Below, in pieces: positions 59,209-64,000 of a DNA stretch of 64,000 nucleotides. Source of the DNA: Gammaproteobacteria bacterium 50_400_T64 (GTDB lineage Bacteria; Pseudomonadota; Gammaproteobacteria; Pseudomonadales; Porticoccaceae). The stretch is taken from NCBI GenBank assembly GCA_002162755.1, contig MAAS01000016.1, positions 20,506 to 84,505 on the forward strand. Direction: 5' to 3'. Position 1 is the first letter of the stretch. Each line of letters starts with the position of its first letter. A program made the position numbers and the translations under genes. A model generated the notes under the pieces. That model had not been told where the DNA came from, made no database searches, and worked only from the letters and a program-made list of their open reading frames with translations.

Positions 59209-59733
59209 TTATAAGTCTTGTGTGGCTTGCTCCAGCTGATGGTTGCGCTGGTTCATTAGTTCCTGCACACCCCGCGCATCGTTGAGTAGTTTATCGATCG
59301 CTTTTTTGCTGTAGGGGTTGAGGTTCGCTGAAGGGGGTTGCTGTTCTGCAGCAGGCTGCTTATTGATGGGGGCAATATCGGTGGTCACTCGATCTGGCCG
59401 GGGCATACCTTGAATAACGTTGGCCTCGGAATTGAGAAAGATCACCTGCTCCGGTGTTACACCCTCCGGCAAGGTCTCGCTAAAGTGCCAAGTGCCGTCG
59501 TTGCCCCGCCATTTGTACACCTTACTGATGGTTGAAGCTTGTGTATCTTGCTCGCCTCCAGAGGGGAGTTTGATATCAGGTAGTGTTGGCAGTGTGAAGT
59601 TCGGCAGCTGTGGACGCTCAATTTTTGGCACAAATTGACGAATATCAATGCCATTTAAAGAGGCTACATAGGACATAATGCCGGTGGCGATAACCATAAG
59701 CACAATAATGCGGAAAATGAGGCGCTTAATCAT
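59209..59733 (-). CDS. DUF4124-domain membrane-anchored protein
   Basis: Trimmed to ATG 59733 (174 aa). N-terminal TM 'LIFRIIVLMVIATGIMSYV'. 'VYKWRGNDGTWHFSETLPEG' matches the DUF4124 signature as I remember it. Confidence 0.65.
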   Translation of the reverse strand: MIKRLIFRIIVLMVIATGIMSYVASLNGIDIRQFVPKIERPQLPNFTLPTLPDIKLPSGGEQDTQASTISKVYKWRGNDGTWHFSETLPEGVTPEQVIFLNSEANVIQGMPRPDRVTTDIAPINKQPAAEQQPPSANLNPYSKKAIDKLLNDARGVQELMNQRNHQLEQATQDL

Positions 59734-59896
59734 AGTTTCTCTGTGCCCTACGGTTCGATAATAAAGGCAGTCTATTTGCCCTGCGTTCGTCATCATGGCA
59801 GCTTGTGAGCTGTAGATCTGTGTGTCGGTACGGGTTTTTTTAAAGGGTTATGTGTGATTAGCCATTGATAGTCAAAGTACTGGGAAGGAAGTATTT

Positions 59897-60691
59897 GTGG
59901 TCGGTGTGCGTAGAAATGTACTGATTCGTTATTTGACGAGTATTTTAGTGGGCGTTCTGTTTGGGGTGCTGTTTATCCAGCCGGTCAACGACATGGTTAT
60001 TTATCATTTATATGAGTCACATGATGGCTTGATAACGCAGTGGCAGTTTATTTATCAAAATTTAGTCAAATCACTCACCGGCCAAACCAATACAAAAACG
60101 CTGTATTACACCGTTGTTGGAGGTGTGCTGGGTTTGTTGTTTGGCCTGGTATTTCGCTTTATTCGCGGCAAGCTAGACACTATCGATAGTTTGAATCAGG
60201 AGTTGGGTAAAGACCTGCTGCTACTTCTGTCCCAGGGTGAAGGGCCCAGGCTTGAATTCAAGTCGAGCTTTCGTTGGGATCTGCGCCAGAATCAGGCCAA
60301 CAAGGCACTGGAGGTGGTGATACTAAAAACCATTGCCGGGTTTATGAATGGCAATGGTGGCACCTTATTAATTGGTGTCAGTGATGACGGTGAAATCGGC
60401 GGTCTGAAACAGGATTACACGCTGTTGAAAAAGTCTGATGCCGATGGCTTTGAGCAGGCGGTCATCACCGTGGTGTCGACTAACTTGGGTGCCGACTTAT
60501 GTCAGTATCTACACATCGTTTTTCACACGATTGACGGAGAGGATATCTGTCGTATCATTATTAAGCCGACGCCAAGGCCCGTCTATTTAAGTCGCGAAGG
60601 AGCCCCCCGGCTTTTTTTACGCACTGGCGCGGGTACTCGGGATTTGAATATCCAGGAAGCGACCGAATATATTAAAGGCCGTTGGGCTTAG
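59897..60691 (+). CDS. Membrane-anchored AlbA_2 (Schlafen-type putative nucleic-acid-binding) domain protein
   Basis: 264 aa with a GTG start behind SD GGAAGGA. Two predicted TM helices ('YLTSILVGVLFGVLFIQPV', 'LYYTVVGGVLGLLFGLVFRFI'). Then 'EGPRLEFKSSFRWDL...ILKTIAGFMNGNGGTLLIGVSDDGEIGG', which is typical of the AlbA_2 fold. Confidence 0.6.
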   Translation: MVGVRRNVLIRYLTSILVGVLFGVLFIQPVNDMVIYHLYESHDGLITQWQFIYQNLVKSLTGQTNTKTLYYTVVGGVLGLLFGLVFRFIRGKLDTIDSLNQELGKDLLLLLSQGEGPRLEFKSSFRWDLRQNQANKALEVVILKTIAGFMNGNGGTLLIGVSDDGEIGGLKQDYTLLKKSDADGFEQAVITVVSTNLGADLCQYLHIVFHTIDGEDICRIIIKPTPRPVYLSREGAPRLFLRTGAGTRDLNIQEATEYIKGRWA

Positions 60692-60720
60692 ATCTTGGGT
60701 GAGTTAATGCGGGAAAATAT

Positions 60721-61419
60721 GTGAAAATTGAAGTTATTGAAGAAGTCTGGCGCGAACTTGGTAAGTGCGAGATGTGCGGCATTCGTGACCTGGTGCTGTT
60801 TGCGGACCTCAATGAAGATGACTTCAAGCTCATCCATCAGCCCATTGTCGACATGCAATTAAAGCCCCTTCAAACCTTATTTCGTACTGATGATAGCCCT
60901 GATTTTGTCTACACCATTCGTAGCGGTCTGGTAAAGCTGGTCAATTACAGCAGTGATGGCCGCTACCGTATTGTACGTCTGCTGGGCAAGGGTGATCTGG
61001 TCGGTATAGAGGTGCTTAATGGTCAGCCTTACGCCCACTGTGCCGAAGCGCTTGAGCCCCTGGCGGTGTGCCGGATTCCTGTATCTGAAGTACTCCGCAT
61101 CAACCGCGATACGCCGCGCTTGCATGAACAGATGCTCGCTCGGTGGCAAAAAATCTCTTCTGATGCGGACTGCTGGATAACCGAGCTGTCGACTGGGCAG
61201 GCTCGCCAGCGAGTGATTCACCTGCTGCTGCACCTGGCATCTATCAGTGATAGCGACGACTTCTTCCTGCCCTCGCGAGAGGATATGGGAGCCATGCTGG
61301 CCATCACTACTGAGACCGCTAGTCGAATGATCTCAGCCCTGCGTAATGAAAAAGTACTGCAAGTGCTGGAGAAAAATAGAGCCAGAGCTGATCTGGTACA
61401 GATGCGTACTCTGCTTTAG
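60721..61419 (+). CDS. Crp/Fnr-family transcriptional regulator, FNR-like with Cys16-x2-Cys19, Cys107 and Cys117
   Basis: 232 aa with a GTG start 29 nt after the previous stop. cNMP-binding-like beta-roll and C-terminal HTH 'REDMGAMLAITTETASRMISALRNEKVL'. 'AVCRIP' aligns with the E. coli FNR 'MVCEIP' (Cys122). Confidence 0.8.
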   Translation: MKIEVIEEVWRELGKCEMCGIRDLVLFADLNEDDFKLIHQPIVDMQLKPLQTLFRTDDSPDFVYTIRSGLVKLVNYSSDGRYRIVRLLGKGDLVGIEVLNGQPYAHCAEALEPLAVCRIPVSEVLRINRDTPRLHEQMLARWQKISSDADCWITELSTGQARQRVIHLLLHLASISDSDDFFLPSREDMGAMLAITTETASRMISALRNEKVLQVLEKNRARADLVQMRTLL

Positions 61420-61422
61420 ATG

Positions 61423-61454
61423 TTTGCGCACCTCTATCAAAGGAGGTGCGCAAA
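61423..61454 (+). terminator. Hairpin terminator after the Crp/Fnr gene
   Basis: TTTGCGCACCTC-tatcaaag-GAGGTGCGCAAA gives a perfect 12-bp stem starting 4 nt after the stop. The tail TTAATT is only partly U-rich. Confidence 0.6.
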
Positions 61455-61869
61455 TTAATTAGCTTGTACGCCAAGCTATGCGGCAACGTAAATCTGTTCG
61501 GTATAACCAGAATTTTCTAAAACCCTATCGACCGAATAAGATCTACTGCTTATCTGAGAAAGCGCGTAAATACCTTTTGCCGATCGGCCAATCACAATAA
61601 GAAATACTGCCCGCTGGAACTTGTGTCTTGCAGGCCTATGGCCGCTTGTTTCGTTGACTTGACTTCAATCTGCCTCGACGGCAACACGTATCTACTGCCG
61701 GAAACAGGGTGAGCCAGTGGTATTAACACAAGTAATAAGTGATTTAGCCGAACAAGGTTTGACCGGGCAGACTTTCCTCTGGCTTCTACTTTCCTTAGGC
61801 CTCTATAAGCACCTCAAAAAGGGCTGAAATTAGCCTAAAGCTTGTTTGAGTAGGTTGCAAAGCAGGCAT

Positions 61870-61903
61870 AAAAAAACCCACGCCGTCACAAGACGATGCG
61901 GGT
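61870..61903 (-). terminator. Rho-independent terminator downstream of tRNA-Met
   Basis: The minus strand reads ACCCGCATCGTC-ttgt-GACGGCGTGGGT followed by TTTTTTT. The stem has 12 positions, including two G.U pairs and one mismatch. Confidence 0.6.
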
Positions 61904-61910
61904 ATTTATA

Positions 61911-61987
61911 TGGTAGCTACGGGCGGACTTGAACCGCCGACCCCAGCATTATGAATGCTGTGCTCTAACCAGCTGAGCTACATAGCC
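61911..61987 (-). tRNA. tRNA-Met (anticodon CAT), elongator type
   Basis: The reverse complement is GGCTATGTAGCTCAGCTGGTTAGAGCACAGCATTCATAATGCTGGGGTCGGCGGTTCAAGTCCGCCCGTAGCTACCA. D, anticodon and T stems are perfect, the loop is TTCATAA, and CCA is encoded. It closely resembles E. coli metT as I remember it. Confidence 0.92.
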
Positions 61988-62016
61988 ATTAAATGGTCGA
62001 TCTTTGAAGGCGGGGG

Positions 62017-62045
62017 ATTTTGGCGATTTCGGTGCCGCTTGTCAA
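62017..62045 (-). promoter_or_regulatory. Candidate sigma-70 promoter of tRNA-Met
   Basis: The minus strand reads TTGACA-N17-CAAAAT followed by a GC-rich discriminator (CCCCCGCC). It ends about 30 nt upstream of the tRNA 5' end. Confidence 0.45.
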
Positions 62046-62061
62046 GGTTTGTCAGTGTATT

Positions 62062-63084
62062 TCAGGTTTTTGATGATGGGCGTTCCGATGATTTTAGTGC
62101 GACCATCAATGCACCGAATACCACTAATGCTGCGCCGGACAGTGTCAGGCTGGTCAAGGGCTCTGGGCTGATGTCGAAGCCGGGGGCAAAACTCAGGCAC
62201 CACATAAATAAAATCGTAAATACGGGCAGGGTTGAGAGCATGGCACTGGCTTTGTAGGCTTCGATATGGGCCATGGCTTCGGAGAAACTACCAGAGCCCA
62301 CCAGGGTGCTAGTGCCGCAAAAAAGGAGTAATAGGAGTCCTGAGGTGTTGAGCTCGAAAATACTCAGTGGTTGTGCCAAGGGCAAAAATACGAGAGATCC
62401 CAGTAGATAAACCACCAGCATGATTTGCGACGAAGTGAAGTGCAGGAGTAGCTGTTTTTGCATAATGGCGTAGGCAGTCCAGCACGTCGCGGCTAGCGAC
62501 ATTAGGCCCATGCCCAGGGCGTAGTCATTGAAGCCGTCGAGCATGGCGACAATGCGTGGGTAGAAGAAAATCACCAGGCCCACCAAAAAAAGGCAGCAGC
62601 CGAGCCATTGACGGCGGGACAGGCGTTCTCCAAAAAAGAAAACCCCCGCCAGTAGCAGCATAATGGTCGAAACCTGAATCAATATTTGCGTGGCGCTGGG
62701 GGTGATGTGCTGTACACCGATAATGTAGAAAAAATAATTAATGATCATTAAGAGGCCGCAGATGATGAGGCGCACGGTGTGGCGAGCGTGTTTTTTGTCA
62801 GCTAATCGTGGCAGAGAGCCGCGGGCAATAAGGATGGGTAAGAGTATGAGCCCTGCAATGGCAAAGCGATAAAAATTAATGGTGTGGGGGTCAAGCTGGC
62901 TGGTGATGCCTTTGGCGGCAATGGGGAAGAAGCCCCAGATGACGCAGGCCAGCAGCACCAGTCCGAAGCCGTAAGCACTACGGCCCGAGGTGGTGTGAAT
63001 GCCGCTCTTTACTGCGGTATTGGCTGGGCTGCTATCTCGATTCTGCGTCGTTGTGTCTTCAGAAGGGTTGGGGCTAGGATTCAC
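62062..63084 (-). CDS. EamA/DMT-family transporter
   Basis: 340 aa with a GTG start overlapping the ychF stop. Ten hydrophobic segments follow a polar N-terminal tail of about 45 aa. '[12 protein letters not shown]' is EamA-like. Confidence 0.8.
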   Translation of the reverse strand: MNPSPNPSEDTTTQNRDSSPANTAVKSGIHTTSGRSAYGFGLVLLACVIWGFFPIAAKGITSQLDPHTINFYRFAIAGLILLPILIARGSLPRLADKKHARHTVRLIICGLLMIINYFFYIIGVQHITPSATQILIQVSTIMLLLAGVFFFGERLSRRQWLGCCLFLVGLVIFFYPRIVAMLDGFNDYALGMGLMSLAATCWTAYAIMQKQLLLHFTSSQIMLVVYLLGSLVFLPLAQPLSIFELNTSGLLLLLFCGTSTLVGSGSFSEAMAHIEAYKASAMLSTLPVFTILFMWCLSFAPGFDISPEPLTSLTLSGAALVVFGALMVALKSSERPSSKT

Positions 63085-64000
63085 ACATTAAACCGGAAGT
63101 GGATGACATCCCCATCCTGCACGATGTAGTCCTTGCCCTCAAGTCGCCACTTGCCGGCATCTTTGGCACCCTGTTCGCCATTGCCGGCGATGTAGTCGTC
63201 GTAGCCGACAATTTCGGCGCGAATAAAGCCTTTTTCAAAATCGGTGTGGATCTTGCCGGCGGCCTGGGGTGCGGTGGCACCAATGGGAATAGTCCAGGCG
63301 CGAACCTCTTTCTCCCCAGCGGTAAAATAGGTTTGTAGGTCGAGCAATTGGTAACCAGCACGAATCACGCGATTGAGGCCAGGTTCGTCCATGCCCAGGT
63401 CGGCGAGAAACTCAGCCTTGTCTTCATCGTCCAGCTCAGAGATTTCGGCTTCGAGCTTGTTGCAAATAGGCACCACCTGAGCGCCTTCGGTGGCGGCGAG
63501 CTCTTCAACGGCTGTCAGCAGGGGGTTGTCCTCAAAGCCATCTTCGGCAATGTTGGCGATGTACAGCGTGGGCTTGAGTGTCATCAGGCTCACTTCGCCG
63601 AGTTTTTCAATGTCGTCTTCAGGTAGTTCAAGGCTGCGTAAAGGCTTGGCTTCGTTGAGGTGGGGCAGCAAGCGCTCGAGCACGGCCAGCAAGGCAATCG
63701 CGTCTTTATCTTTGCCCTTGGCGGCGCGAGCAGTTTTCTGTATGGCTTTTTCTACGGCATCAAGATCGGCCAGGGCGAGTTCGGTATTGATGATTTCAAT
63801 ATCGGCCAGCGGGTCGATCTTATTGGCGACGTGAATAACGTTCTCATCTTCAAAGCAGCGCACGACGTGGGCGATGGCATCGGTTTCGCGAATATTCGCC
63901 AAAAACTGATTGCCCAGGCCTTCACCTTTTGAGGCGCCTTCGACCAGACCGGCAATATCAACAAATTCCATGGTGGTGGGCAGAATGCGTTCGGGATTGA
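63081..64000 (-). CDS. ychF: Ribosome-binding ATPase YchF. The N-terminus lies beyond the window edge.
   Basis: '[42 protein letters not shown]' is the internal G3 region of YchF. The frame stays open upstream of the listed Met to base 64000 ('NPERILPTT'). C-terminal TGS-like '[11 protein letters not shown]'. Confidence 0.93.
   Translation of the reverse strand, partial: NPERILPTTMEFVDIAGLVEGASKGEGLGNQFLANIRETDAIAHVVRCFEDENVIHVANKIDPLADIEIINTELALADLDAVEKAIQKTARAAKGKDKDAIALLAVLERLLPHLNEAKPLRSLELPEDDIEKLGEVSLMTLKPTLYIANIAEDGFEDNPLLTAVEELAATEGAQVVPICNKLEAEISELDDEDKAEFLADLGMDEPGLNRVIRAGYQLLDLQTYFTAGEKEVRAWTIPIGATAPQAAGKIHTDFEKGFIRAEIVGYDDYIAGNGEQGAKDAGKWRLEGKDYIVQDGDVIHFRFNV

Overview
The window looks like a gammaproteobacterial chromosome segment. 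A housekeeping block lies at 1-13.4 kb: partial MDR oxidoreductase, holA-lptE-leuS, a lipoprotein, lnt-corC-ybeY-phoH-miaB, a DUF1820 gene and a SPOR protein. One contiguous polar-flagellum regulon of about 44 kb follows at 15.2-59.1 kb. Its layout is Pseudomonas-like: flgZ-flgN-flgM-flgA on the minus strand, then flgBCDEFGHIJKL, fliC, flaG, fliD-fliS-fliT, a PilZ-like gene plus fleQ, fleSR, fliEFGHIJ and fliK on the plus strand. The convergent minus-strand block holds fliLMNOPQR-flhBA-flhF-fleN-fliA-motCD. The right end carries a DUF4124 gene, a membrane-anchored AlbA_2/Schlafen-like gene with an FNR-like regulator, tRNA-Met, a DMT transporter and partial ychF. I saw no rRNA, CRISPR array, IS element or prophage. 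By eye I could read three sigma-28 promoters (flgM, fliC, fliD) and five sigma-54 promoters (flgB, fliD, fleS, fliK, fliL), plus several terminators. The most interesting signals concern c-di-GMP and FleQ wiring. The FleQ orthologue lacks its N-terminal receiver-like domain and appears to lack the remembered c-di-GMP contact residues. It sits directly behind an extra non-canonical PilZ-like gene. A GGDEF cyclase with an intact I-site lies tail-to-tail with the flgZ brake gene. A recurring GTCR-N6-TGAC(G) box occurs exactly 60 nt upstream of the -24 element at both fleS and fliL, and also upstream of the cyclase gene and of pilZ-fleQ. There is also an unlisted 56-codon ORF with a strong Shine-Dalgarno sequence (SD) and an A9 tract after motD. 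All family assignments come from reading the translations and from memory, and no searches were run.
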